Below, piece after piece: positions 9,355 to 18,021 of a stretch of 64,000 nucleotides of DNA. Source of the DNA: Thermodesulfobacteriota bacterium (GTDB lineage: Bacteria > Desulfobacterota_D > UBA1144 > Nemesobacterales > UBA2774); NCBI GenBank assembly GCA_040754335.1, contig JBFMCV010000005.1, forward strand, positions 263,586-327,585, read 5' to 3'. Position 1 is the first letter of the stretch, and every line of letters begins with the position of its first letter. The translations under genes and the position numbers were made by a program. The notes below the pieces were generated by a model. The model was not told the origin of the DNA. It made no database searches and was given only the letters and a program-made list of their open reading frames with translations.

Positions 9355-10902
9355 ATGGGCAGCGACAATATGGTGAAGATATTCGACACGACTTTAAGGG
9401 ATGGAGAACAGGCCCCGGGCTGCGGCATGACCGCGGAAGAGAAGCTCAGGGTGGCTCACCAGCTCGAAAAGCTCGGCGTCGATGTCATCGAAGCCGGCTT
9501 CCCGATTTCTTCAGAAGGCGATTTTCAGTCGGTGAAGGTCATTGCGGAGAAGATACGGGGCTGCGAGATCGCGGGCCTATGCAGGGCCAATTTCAACGAT
9601 ATAGACAGGGGCTGGGAAGCGGTCAAGAACGCCGAGTACCCGAGAATACACACATTCATCGCCACCTCCGACATCCATCTGAAACACAAGCTCAGAAAAT
9701 CGAGGGACGAGGTGCTCGAGATCATCAGCACCGCCGTCAAGCACGCGAGGCACTACACGGAGAACGTCGAGTTCTCGTGCGAGGACGCGACGAGGACGGA
9801 TTTGGATTACCTATGCCGCGCGGTAGACGTCGCGGTGAGATCAGGCGCAAAGATAATAAACATCCCTGACACGGTCGGATACACCGTCCCGGAGGAGTTC
9901 GCGTTCTTCATCAGGACTCTTAAGGAAAAGGTCCCCGGCCTCGACGACATCATACTGAGTGTACACTGCCATAACGACCTCGGGCTTGCGGTCGCGAACT
10001 CAATCGCCGCGATAAGGGAAGGCGCGAGGCAGGTCGAATGCACGATCAACGGCCTCGGGGAGAGGGCTGGGAACGCCTCGCTCGAAGAAATAGTGATGGG
10101 ACTAAAGGTCAGGAACGACCGCAATCCATACCTGACCAGAATAAACACCGACCAGCTCTATCCGACGAGCAGGCTCGTCTCGCAGGTTACGGGTGTAAAC
10201 GTCCAGCCGAATAAAGCTATCGTCGGCGCGAACGCGTTCGCCCACGAAGCGGGCATACACCAGGACGGCGTGCTCAAGGAAAGGATCACCTATGAGATCA
10301 TGGACCCCGAAGAGGTAGGGATTCCCTCGAACAAGCTCATCCTCGGAAAGCACTCGGGACGGCACGCTTTTAAGGACCGCCTCGAGGACTACGGGTATTT
10401 CCTCGACGATAAGGCGTTCGAGAGCGCGTTCAAGAAGTTCAAGGACCTGGCGGACAAGAAAAAATACGTCTTCGACGAAGACATCGAAGCTATTATAAGC
10501 GAAGAGTTCGTCCGCTCGTCCGATTTTTACAAGCTCATTACCGCCAACTACTCGGGCGGCTCCGACATGCAGCCCGTGGCCACGGTGAAGCTCCTCATCG
10601 ACGGCAAGGAAGTTACCGTTTCCGAGAGCGGGGACGGCCCGGTGGACGCGGCGTATCAGGCCGTGTCGAAAGCGACGGGACTCAGCCCTACGCTTGAAAG
10701 CTACGTCGTCACAGCTATTACCGAAGGCATAGACGCACAGGGGGAGGTTACCGTGAGGGTCGAGGACGAAGGCGTCATAACCCAGGGTCAGGGATCCAAT
10801 ACGGACATAGTGGTTGCGAGTGTAAAAGCGTACGTGAACGCGCTCAACAAGCTACGCTGGCGTAAAGAGCACCCGAAGAGGGTCACGTCGCAGGGGATGT
10901 AA
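9355..10902 (+). CDS. leuA: 2-isopropylmalate synthase (LeuA/CimA family, with C-terminal LeuA-dimer regulatory domain)
   Basis: KIFDTTLRDGEQAPGCGMT, HCHNDLGLAVANS and a roughly 130 aa C-terminal regulatory domain. Good RBS (GAGGAGG). Citramalate synthase cannot be excluded. Confidence 0.8.
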   Translation: MGSDNMVKIFDTTLRDGEQAPGCGMTAEEKLRVAHQLEKLGVDVIEAGFPISSEGDFQSVKVIAEKIRGCEIAGLCRANFNDIDRGWEAVKNAEYPRIHTFIATSDIHLKHKLRKSRDEVLEIISTAVKHARHYTENVEFSCEDATRTDLDYLCRAVDVAVRSGAKIINIPDTVGYTVPEEFAFFIRTLKEKVPGLDDIILSVHCHNDLGLAVANSIAAIREGARQVECTINGLGERAGNASLEEIVMGLKVRNDRNPYLTRINTDQLYPTSRLVSQVTGVNVQPNKAIVGANAFAHEAGIHQDGVLKERITYEIMDPEEVGIPSNKLILGKHSGRHAFKDRLEDYGYFLDDKAFESAFKKFKDLADKKKYVFDEDIEAIISEEFVRSSDFYKLITANYSGGSDMQPVATVKLLIDGKEVTVSESGDGPVDAAYQAVSKATGLSPTLESYVVTAITEGIDAQGEVTVRVEDEGVITQGQGSNTDIVVASVKAYVNALNKLRWRKEHPKRVTSQGM

Positions 10903-10974
10903 TAGTCCTCTATCCTTCATAATCCGCATTCCCGCAACTAATCAGACAGACTTGCTATATACTTACCAATAGTC

Positions 10975-12441
10975 ATGGCGTTCCCCACAAAGACTATCGA
11001 GAATTACGTAAAAGCGGGCTACCCGATCATCTATCTCGTCTCGTGGGAGGAGGAGAGGGTCGAGAATACGCTCAAATCCATAGGGAAAAACGTATACGGC
11101 GAGTCCGGCAAGTTCTCCGTATGGGCGTGTAACGACGGATTCAGGGAGGGAGCCGAGAACCTGGTAAATGCGCTCGACAGGGTGATGGTCGAGCAGGTAA
11201 AGGGGTTTTACGTTTTTAAGGACGTGAATTATTTTCTCGACGAACCCAGGCTGATAAGGAAGCTGAAAGACGCGTACCAGAAGCTCAGAAAGTCGTCCAA
11301 CACGATATTCATACTTTCAAACACCCTTTCAGTTCCGATTGAGCTCGAGAAGGAAGTCGCCGTCGTCGATATCGACCTCCCCGACAGGGCTGAGACCGGC
11401 AAGATCTTCGACTTCGTTATTAAAAACTATACGCCCGAGAGCGTGCAGAGTACGATGAAGCCATATTTCAGGGAGGCGGCCATAAACGCGCTCCAGGGTC
11501 TCGGCGCGCTGGAGATGGAGCTCGCGCTCAGGAGGACGCTCGTCGGAAGGGAAGAGCTCGGGGAAGACGCGGTCGACGCGCTGCTCGAAGAAAAGGCGCA
11601 GCTCGTGAGGAAATCGGGGACGCTCGATTTCGTGAGGAGCAGGGTCGATATAGAGAAGGTCGGGGGGCTCGAGAATATAAAAGAGTGGCTCAACGTAAGG
11701 AGGCTCGCCTTTTCGAGCGAGGCCAGGGAGTTCGGGCTGGATACGCCAAAGGGCATACTTCTCATGGGGATAAGCGGGTGCGGGAAGAGCCTCTGCGCTA
11801 AGGCGATAGCGACCGCGTGGAACCTGCCGCTCTTGAGATTAGATTTGAATCAGGTCTACAGCGAATCTTTCGGGAGCCCCGAGGAAGCGTTCAGGAAGGC
11901 GATAAAGACGGTAGAGGCGAGCGCCCCGTGCGTGCTGTGGATAGACGAGATCGAGGCGGGAATCACGAGGAGCGGGGAGAAGTCCGGGGACAGCCCTACG
12001 GCGAGGATATTCGGGTACTTCCTCACATGGATGCAGGAAAAGGCGTATCCAGTCTTCGTCACCGCTACGGCTAACCAGATAGACCTGCTCCCGCCCGAGA
12101 TACTGCGGAAGGGCAGGTTCGACGAGATATTCTTCATCACGTTGCCTAACCTGAAAGAAAGGAAGGAGATTTTCAGGATACACCTTCAGAACAGAGGTAA
12201 GAACCCCGAAGGGTTCGACCTCGATTCCCTCGCCAAGAACACGGAGGGCTTAAGCGGGGCCGAGATAGAGCAGGCCGTCATTTCGGCGCTCTTCGAGTCC
12301 TATTCAAAGGGGAAGGAGCTCGACGACAGGGAGCTCATAATCGCCGCTTCCTCGATTGTGCCTCTCTCGACCACGATGAGGGAGGAGATATCGAAGCTCG
12401 AGCGCTGGGCTTCTAACAGGGCGGTCAAGGCTTCGAGGTAA
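10975..12441 (+). CDS. AAA+ ATPase with a roughly 230 aa N-terminal extension (Ycf46-like)
   Basis: Walker A GILLMGISGCGKSLCAKAIA. Walker B PCVLWIDEIE. Arg finger region. The C-terminal AAA lid resembles cyanobacterial/plastid Ycf46-type standalone AAA proteins. Confidence 0.75.
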   Translation: MAFPTKTIENYVKAGYPIIYLVSWEEERVENTLKSIGKNVYGESGKFSVWACNDGFREGAENLVNALDRVMVEQVKGFYVFKDVNYFLDEPRLIRKLKDAYQKLRKSSNTIFILSNTLSVPIELEKEVAVVDIDLPDRAETGKIFDFVIKNYTPESVQSTMKPYFREAAINALQGLGALEMELALRRTLVGREELGEDAVDALLEEKAQLVRKSGTLDFVRSRVDIEKVGGLENIKEWLNVRRLAFSSEAREFGLDTPKGILLMGISGCGKSLCAKAIATAWNLPLLRLDLNQVYSESFGSPEEAFRKAIKTVEASAPCVLWIDEIEAGITRSGEKSGDSPTARIFGYFLTWMQEKAYPVFVTATANQIDLLPPEILRKGRFDEIFFITLPNLKERKEIFRIHLQNRGKNPEGFDLDSLAKNTEGLSGAEIEQAVISALFESYSKGKELDDRELIIAASSIVPLSTTMREEISKLERWASNRAVKASR

Positions 12442-12593
12442 TAGGCCGCCAGTCAATTGAAGCCCGCCGTGAAATGTGTTATATAATTTGCCTGCCGTTA
12501 TGATTCAGGATACAAGATGCAAGATTCATGCTGCATGATAAAAAAATGTCACATCATGTATCCTGTATCGTGCATCTTGCATCGTGAAACCGT

Positions 12594-12670
12594 GGGGATG
12601 TAGCTCAGCTTGGGAGAGCGCCGCGTTCGCAACGCGGAGGTCGGGGGTTCGATTCCCCTCATCTCCACCA
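12594..12670 (+). tRNA. tRNA-Ala (anticodon CGC)
   Basis: Cloverleaf fold by hand. Acceptor GGGGATG/CATCTCC with the G3:U70 alanine identity pair. Anticodon loop TTCGCAA. T-arm GGGGGTTCGATTCCCCC. Encoded CCA. Confidence 0.9.
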
Positions 12671-12676
12671 ATGGTT

Positions 12677-13010
12677 TCAGGGGGTTGCGTCACCTTCCCT
12701 TGATTGTAAATCTCTCCTGTCACCGGATTTGTCACCAATTGAGTCAGAAAAACAGGCAGAGAGTCCTTCTAAAGCCATCTTTAGGGACTCGTTAGGGTGA
12801 GCGTATCTCATGGTCATATCCAAGGTCGAATGTCCGAGTATCTCCTTTACCGCCACTATAGAATGCCCTAGCTCAACCATTCTTGTTGCCGCGGTATGTC
12901 TCAGGTCGTGAAACCTCAGTCCTTTTATACCTGCTTTTTCTAATGCGAGAGTGTAGGCTCTTTTTAAAGAGTCATGTCTCTTATAGGGTGTTCCTTTGGA
13001 GCTAAGAAAT
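12677..13010 (-). pseudogene. Frameshifted remnant of a tyrosine recombinase (phage-type integrase) C-terminus
   Basis: The 67 aa ORF ends ...ILGHSTLDMTMRYAHPNE (catalytic Tyr box). Further upstream, in another frame, revcomp of 12895-12916 encodes HDLRHTAAT (the integrase HxxR box). The frames are broken, so the gene is not intact. Confidence 0.6.
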
Positions 13011-13012
13011 AC

Positions 13013-13036
13013 GTTCGATTCCCCTCATCTCCACCA
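13013..13036 (+). repeat. Direct repeat of the tRNA-Ala 3' end (att-like), copy 2
   Basis: GTTCGATTCCCCTCATCTCCACCA matches tRNA positions 12647-12670 exactly. The downstream flank (GTGATCTCAGGGGGTTGCGG) also resembles the flank after the tRNA. Confidence 0.6.
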
Positions 13037-13254
13037 GTGATCTCAGGGGGTTGCGGATTCTTCTAACATAGGTTTTTGCCGATCCGGGCGATCTTCAATT
13101 TTACTACCTCTCTTGTATCGATAGCCCGAGAAAAAACAGCTTAGTTTTTCCAGTCTCGTATTGTAAGATTGATTTGACGGGTGGCAAGGGCGTGGCCGCT
13201 CAACAGAGCTGATAACGTCCATCCGAACGTAAATTAAATAAAGGAGGTTAGATC

Positions 13255-13716
13255 ATGCGAGACAAAATCGTTGTTCTTGTTATGGTCTTCTTAATCGCCG
13301 CGACCCCTTTCTCCTTTGCAAAGCAGAACCAGGTTTGTGATTCATCATGCGAGAACGACGTTACGATTGTCTACCAGTTTGATCCGCGAACGGAAAGCTG
13401 CGTCAAGCACTTCGCGTATCCGTGCGAGCCATACGCCTGTGATGCTGAAGGACTCACCTGCAAAACGTCATGCGTCAGCGATGCGGACTGTTCTCAGGCT
13501 GGGAAGTGCGATACGGCAACCGGCAAGTGCGGCACCATATCGTCTTTCTGCAAGGACGCTCTCACCGTAAAGCTGACCAACGGAATAGAGCAGGAATGTA
13601 CCCCGTATGCGTGTGTCGGAGGAGCATGTCAGCAGCAGTGTGTTACTGACGGCGACTGTGCGGAGGGATATGCGTGTGCGGACGGTCACAAGTGCGAACT
13701 ACTGCCAGCTGAGTAA
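13255..13716 (+). CDS. Small secreted Cys-rich protein (about 20 Cys) made of two homologous modules
   Basis: Signal peptide MRDKIVVLVMVFLIAATPFSFA. Module 1 CEPYACDAEGLTCKTSCVSDADCSQAGKCDTATGKCG and module 2 CTPYACVGGACQQQCVTDGDCAEGYACADGHKCE. Good RBS (AAGGAGG). Confidence 0.55.
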   Translation: MRDKIVVLVMVFLIAATPFSFAKQNQVCDSSCENDVTIVYQFDPRTESCVKHFAYPCEPYACDAEGLTCKTSCVSDADCSQAGKCDTATGKCGTISSFCKDALTVKLTNGIEQECTPYACVGGACQQQCVTDGDCAEGYACADGHKCELLPAE

Positions 13717-13784
13717 GCGGCCATTTAGTTAGTCCGGGCCGCTTTGCGTGTTTCAGATTTGATGAATCCCTGCTCATTGCGAGG

Positions 13785-13832
13785 CTGTGTCCGCAACGCG
13801 GACGCCAGGTTCGATTCCCCTCATCTCCACCA
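13785..13832 (+). repeat. Partial tRNA-Ala 3' half (pseudo-tRNA, att-like), copy 3
   Basis: GTCCGCAACGCGGACGCCAGGTTCGATTCCCCTCATCTCCACCA reproduces the anticodon-stem 3' side, the T-arm and the acceptor 3' end. It is followed by GTGATTACAGGTGGTTG, similar to the flank of copy 2. Confidence 0.6.
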
Positions 13833-13944
13833 GTGATTACAGGTGGTTGTGATACGATTGAGTTAGTTCCAGTTAGATATGTGATCTGTGTACATGATAT
13901 CATCAGCCCTTCTATCCAGGCTTATTTAAGCGCTCAGCACCCCG

Positions 13945-14232
13945 TCAAAATAATCCGCTCGCTGCCAGGAAAGGAATAACGAGATAAATAAATGAATCTC
14001 TTACAATGTAATAAGCAATCACTACGAGAATAAATTTCAGTCCCCGGGTTCGTAACAGTTCTTTAAAACCTCTGTTCTTGATGATAAAGACGCTATCGAT
14101 GATATAGTACTTGTACATACTAAAGAGATAATTCTCTTTTAATATCGTTAGAATCTTGCTCATAATAACCTCCCATGCTTTGTGATAGCGGGATCGGATT
14201 CGGAAAACCAGCCATGCCGGCCCCAGTCCCAT
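13945..14232 (-). CDS. Hypothetical small membrane protein
   Basis: ORF only. AT-rich. Predicted TM segments. Confidence 0.25.
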   Translation of the reverse strand: MGLGPAWLVFRIRSRYHKAWEVIMSKILTILKENYLFSMYKYYIIDSVFIIKNRGFKELLRTRGLKFILVVIAYYIVRDSFIYLVIPFLAASGLF

Positions 14233-14241
14233 ATCACGAGT

Positions 14242-15027
14242 TCAAGCTACGGTATCAACCGTCTTCTCTTCTGTATGATGTTTCATCTTCCTGGTAAACG
14301 GTATAAACATCGGAACAGACTCCCGATATTGTTCGTACGCCCTACCGTGCTCTGATATCAAATCTCTTTCTTCGTATCTGATGGCAACGAGTATGTAAGC
14401 GGTCGTAGCGATAGCGAAGAAAAGATGGGCTGCGGTCATAGTCGGAGTCGCCCAGAAAGCAAACAACCATCCGACATATAGCGGGTGTCTTATGTATTTA
14501 TACGGTCCGGGCGTTCCGAATTTAAGCTGAGTATACGTTTCACCCATCAAATAGAGCCATACCTGGCGCAGTCCGAATAGATCAAAATGGTTTATCAGAA
14601 AACTCGTCACTAAAACAGTCACCCACCCGAATGCAAAAAGTGAGTACAGAATTATTCTTAAAGTTTCATTTTCTGCGTTCCATATGGTTCCCCCCATAGG
14701 TTGCCACTGCCAGAATAACAATATAAGCGCGAGGTTCGAGAATAATACGTAGGTGCTGCGCTCGGCTGCTTTGGGAATGAGTTTGGTCAAAATACGTTTA
14801 AATCCCGGTCTGGCCATTATACTGTGTTGCAGGGCAAAGATTCCCAGTAACACCGTATTCAGTAATAGAGCTTGAGATAGAGGAGCTTCCGGGGTTGAGT
14901 CAATGGATTTAGGCACCAGAAAATTACCTACAAAACCTATGGCGTATAAATATGTTGCAACAAATAAAAAATAAGAAACCACTCCATATCCGAAAACTAT
15001 TATTCTTTTAGAAATATCGTCTTTCAT
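14242..15027 (-). CDS. Integral-membrane methyltransferase of the ICMT/PEMT/NnrU family
   Basis: Multi-TM protein with the C-terminal motif YKYIRHPLYVGWLFAFWATP...RYEERDL, characteristic of isoprenylcysteine carboxyl methyltransferase-like enzymes. Lower GC than the flanks. Confidence 0.65.
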   Translation of the reverse strand: MKDDISKRIIVFGYGVVSYFLFVATYLYAIGFVGNFLVPKSIDSTPEAPLSQALLLNTVLLGIFALQHSIMARPGFKRILTKLIPKAAERSTYVLFSNLALILLFWQWQPMGGTIWNAENETLRIILYSLFAFGWVTVLVTSFLINHFDLFGLRQVWLYLMGETYTQLKFGTPGPYKYIRHPLYVGWLFAFWATPTMTAAHLFFAIATTAYILVAIRYEERDLISEHGRAYEQYRESVPMFIPFTRKMKHHTEEKTVDTVA

Positions 15028-15109
15028 TTTTTCTCCCTCCTGATTTCATAAATTCTAAATAGAGCGGGAGTCTCGTTCGAACCAGACTCCCAGCCCGTTT
15101 AAACCTTTG

Positions 15110-15370
15110 TTATATCCTGACGCCGAACACGAGAAGAGTATTCTCATCGCTCGTCTCCTCAACCGTGGTCAACGTATCGTCGCCGTGCGTCTTGACCGGG
15201 CTGAGGTAGAAGCTCATCGGGCTCGTCTCTACTTCCCCGCCTATCGTCTCGCTCTTCAGCTCACAGACCGCAGGGCCGTTTGTGTAAAGGACCATGTAGT
15301 CGGAAGCGAACGATAGGGCGGAAAAACCGAGCGATAACCCTAATACCGTGACTGCGATTAACTTCTTCAT
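15110..15370 (-). CDS. Hypothetical small secreted protein
   Basis: Signal peptide MKKLIAVTVLGLSLGFSALSFA. ORF only. Confidence 0.4.
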   Translation of the reverse strand: MKKLIAVTVLGLSLGFSALSFASDYMVLYTNGPAVCELKSETIGGEVETSPMSFYLSPVKTHGDDTLTTVEETSDENTLLVFGVRI

Positions 15371-15582
15371 TGCACTTACCTCCGTTTGATTTATTTGCTG
15401 AGATAATGGTGCAACGGATGTGCCAAAGATAAATGAGAAACATATATCAACGATTACAGCGAGTTATGAAGTTATAGAGGGTAACGAATTATTATTGAAT
15501 TTTCGCTCATAGCGATTTCTCGCTACAATGTGCTAATATCTGTGATAACTAGGCTCGCTGTAATGAGAGCTCCGGGAAGGGG

Positions 15583-15990
15583 GTGGCAGAAATGAGGGGC
15601 ATGTACCTAGCATGTGCGGCGGCTGTTTTTATTATGCTTGTCGTACCGTTTTCCCGCGCCGGGTCGAACCTGAACTCGTCGAAGAGCAACCTCTATAAGC
15701 TCGTATATTCGACGGATGCAGTGAGCTCATCTCAGGCGGCGGCTATACTCGCGGACCTCGATGCCGCAACGCAGAGCCAGGGACGGGTAAATCTCGATGC
15801 CGCGGTGGGTCAGGCTTTGAACAAGCAGGGCCTCGACACGAAAATCAAAAAGACGATCATCAGGCCTGCGGCGGCAGGTCAGCTTACGACAATCATCATA
15901 CTCTCGAACCCTGCTGACGAGGCTCAGGCGATAGCCGTGGCCGACGAGGGCGTGCCAGCGGATAAGCCGAAAGGGAAGAAGACGAACTGA
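15583..15990 (+). CDS. Hypothetical secreted protein
   Basis: Hydrophobic N-terminus. ORF only. Confidence 0.4.
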   Translation: MAEMRGMYLACAAAVFIMLVVPFSRAGSNLNSSKSNLYKLVYSTDAVSSSQAAAILADLDAATQSQGRVNLDAAVGQALNKQGLDTKIKKTIIRPAAAGQLTTIIILSNPADEAQAIAVADEGVPADKPKGKKTN

Positions 15991-16115
15991 AGGACAGCTT
16001 TTTGCCGACTTCGGCGGTTCGATCCCATCTATCTCCGTGAGCGATCTTAACAACTCACACAGCGCCCTGGCGGGCGGAATAAAATCGTATAATTAAAGTC
16101 AATGTATCACGCGGG

Positions 16116-16829
16116 GTGAATCCGGCAATGTATGCGAAGAATATACCTTTCGCCAGTCACGAGGTGAGGTGGTTTTTCGACGGGGCTGTCGATAAAAATC
16201 CCGCCCTGGGGAGCTGGTTTGAAACCAGCTCGCCTATTCCAAAGCAGGGCGGCTTCGGCCCGCCTGTGTGGATGGGAAGACTCGGCGGCGAGCCTGACGT
16301 GTATCTGCTCGTACCGGGGGCGGACGACATGGGCATCAAGTGGCGGGAAGGGAACTTTCAGGTCAAGGGACGCACGGCTTCACTCGGGGTGCACTCGTTT
16401 TGCGGGCGGTTTCAAGGGTCTGTCGAGCGCTGGGTGAGGTGGTCCTACGCGGGCATGCCGGAGGCGTACCGGAATTTGTTTCTCGACGGGAACGAAAAGG
16501 GTTTAATCACAGTAAGCGTCCGGAAGACACGGGCACTCCGCAAGATAAAGATAGACACATACGACGGGAGCGCATTGGAAGTCGATCCGAAGGAGTTCAT
16601 CGACCGCGGGATTAATTTCGAGCTCACTGATATAGAAGTCGGCGGGAAGCCTTATTGCACGGTTGCGTTCGAAGCGTATCCCGACGATTCGGCGATGCAC
16701 GCCGCGTTTACGCGGGTGGTTGAAGCGTTTCTCGGCGGGCTTAAGGGGGTTGAATTGGGCGCGGGGAACTCGATGTCGTATCCGGAGTGGCTTTTGAACA
16801 TAGTTTCAGGAGCTGGTAATAGCGGATAA
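16116..16829 (+). CDS. Hypothetical protein
   Basis: Coding-like composition. No motif I can name. Confidence 0.45.
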   Translation: MNPAMYAKNIPFASHEVRWFFDGAVDKNPALGSWFETSSPIPKQGGFGPPVWMGRLGGEPDVYLLVPGADDMGIKWREGNFQVKGRTASLGVHSFCGRFQGSVERWVRWSYAGMPEAYRNLFLDGNEKGLITVSVRKTRALRKIKIDTYDGSALEVDPKEFIDRGINFELTDIEVGGKPYCTVAFEAYPDDSAMHAAFTRVVEAFLGGLKGVELGAGNSMSYPEWLLNIVSGAGNSG

Positions 16830-16989
16830 ATGGGGTAATTGTGGATTGGTCGAGGAGGGAGCAGAAAAAGTATTATCAAGATTACTGATATAGCTTGATG
16901 GAAAATTTTCCTTCATACTGTCGGATGTTATAGAAGCACGGTCAGACTATCAAAAGTTAAAAGAATCTGATTACTATTATAATATTTAT

Positions 16990-17916
16990 ATGACTGGCCC
17001 GAAAATAAATTACATTGCAAAGGTGGGCGAAAACAAAGGGTGGCGTTTGTTAGGTGATGAACCACAAATGCAATGGAAAGCATTGGAGCGATATATTGCT
17101 GAAAACTGGGGAAAAGACAAAGCCGGCATGAAGGCAATTTTAGGTTGCCTAGTAAAGCTTGATGCTTGTTTGATGCAAATCAGTAGAATTAGGGAATTTT
17201 ACGATAAATTTATACAGTCAGCTAGTGATAACGCCACAAAGAATAAAGGCAAAGAGTTTTTGTTTGTTTTAAATGGTCAAGAAGCAATTGCGGATTTTGA
17301 ATCATTACTACTTCATGGGAGAGCAGCGTTAGATAGATTGACATGGTTGGTTTCGGAGAAATATAATAGCAAAACGCAGAGTTATAGGAGTCTTGAAAAG
17401 ATTCTGAATAATTTTGCACACAAGGATCAAAAAGCAAAAAACATACTTGAGTTTGTAAATATATCGAATAGCTGGGTGCTTGGATTACTTGCTACAGTTG
17501 GCAATGATGAATCATTCAGGGATTTTGTCGCTCACAAAATTGCTAGCATAGAGAAGCGAGTAACTTGTTTTCAGATACATGTTATGACTGATGGTAAATG
17601 CATTTTACTAGATTGTGTTTTAGATAGGTTTCCCGTTTTCAAAAGTAGTACTGAAGCAGTTAAATTCCTGTCATATCTAGTCTTGAACTCATTGGCTACA
17701 ATTGTGGAACAGAAAGTATATAGTATAGATAAGTACGATTCGCTGTGGGAGAATAAAGCAGTTGTTTTCGCAGATTTTGTACTTGACGAGCCGGAAAATT
17801 CACCACTAGGTAAAAATCATTTAAGGGTCGTAAGTGATATGAATCCTGATAATTTCGTTCTACGTACTAGAAACGTGAGACCGGATATATTTAATCATAG
17901 CATTAAGTTACTGTAA
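16990..17916 (+). CDS. Hypothetical protein in a strongly AT-rich segment (likely foreign); contains an Rx4H motif (RDFVAH)
   Basis: Composition shifts sharply relative to neighbours (visually about 35-40% GC). 308 aa ORF with no recognisable catalytic motifs except a HEPN-compatible Rx4H. Confidence 0.5.
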   Translation: MTGPKINYIAKVGENKGWRLLGDEPQMQWKALERYIAENWGKDKAGMKAILGCLVKLDACLMQISRIREFYDKFIQSASDNATKNKGKEFLFVLNGQEAIADFESLLLHGRAALDRLTWLVSEKYNSKTQSYRSLEKILNNFAHKDQKAKNILEFVNISNSWVLGLLATVGNDESFRDFVAHKIASIEKRVTCFQIHVMTDGKCILLDCVLDRFPVFKSSTEAVKFLSYLVLNSLATIVEQKVYSIDKYDSLWENKAVVFADFVLDEPENSPLGKNHLRVVSDMNPDNFVLRTRNVRPDIFNHSIKLL

Positions 17917-18021
17917 TGAATAATTTTAGAATCTACCGTATCCTTCCAGAATTTCTTAATCCAATTCTAATATTGTCTATAGCTATGTTTGTAATGTTAT
18001 TAGGTCTAATAAATCTCGGTT

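Noticed and set aside
12480-12593. Imperfect palindrome (CAGGATACAAGATGCAAGA ... ATCTTGCATCGTG) just upstream of tRNA-Ala
   Set aside because: The arms are imperfect, and it sits where a tRNA promoter or leader is expected. Not distinctive enough to call a feature.
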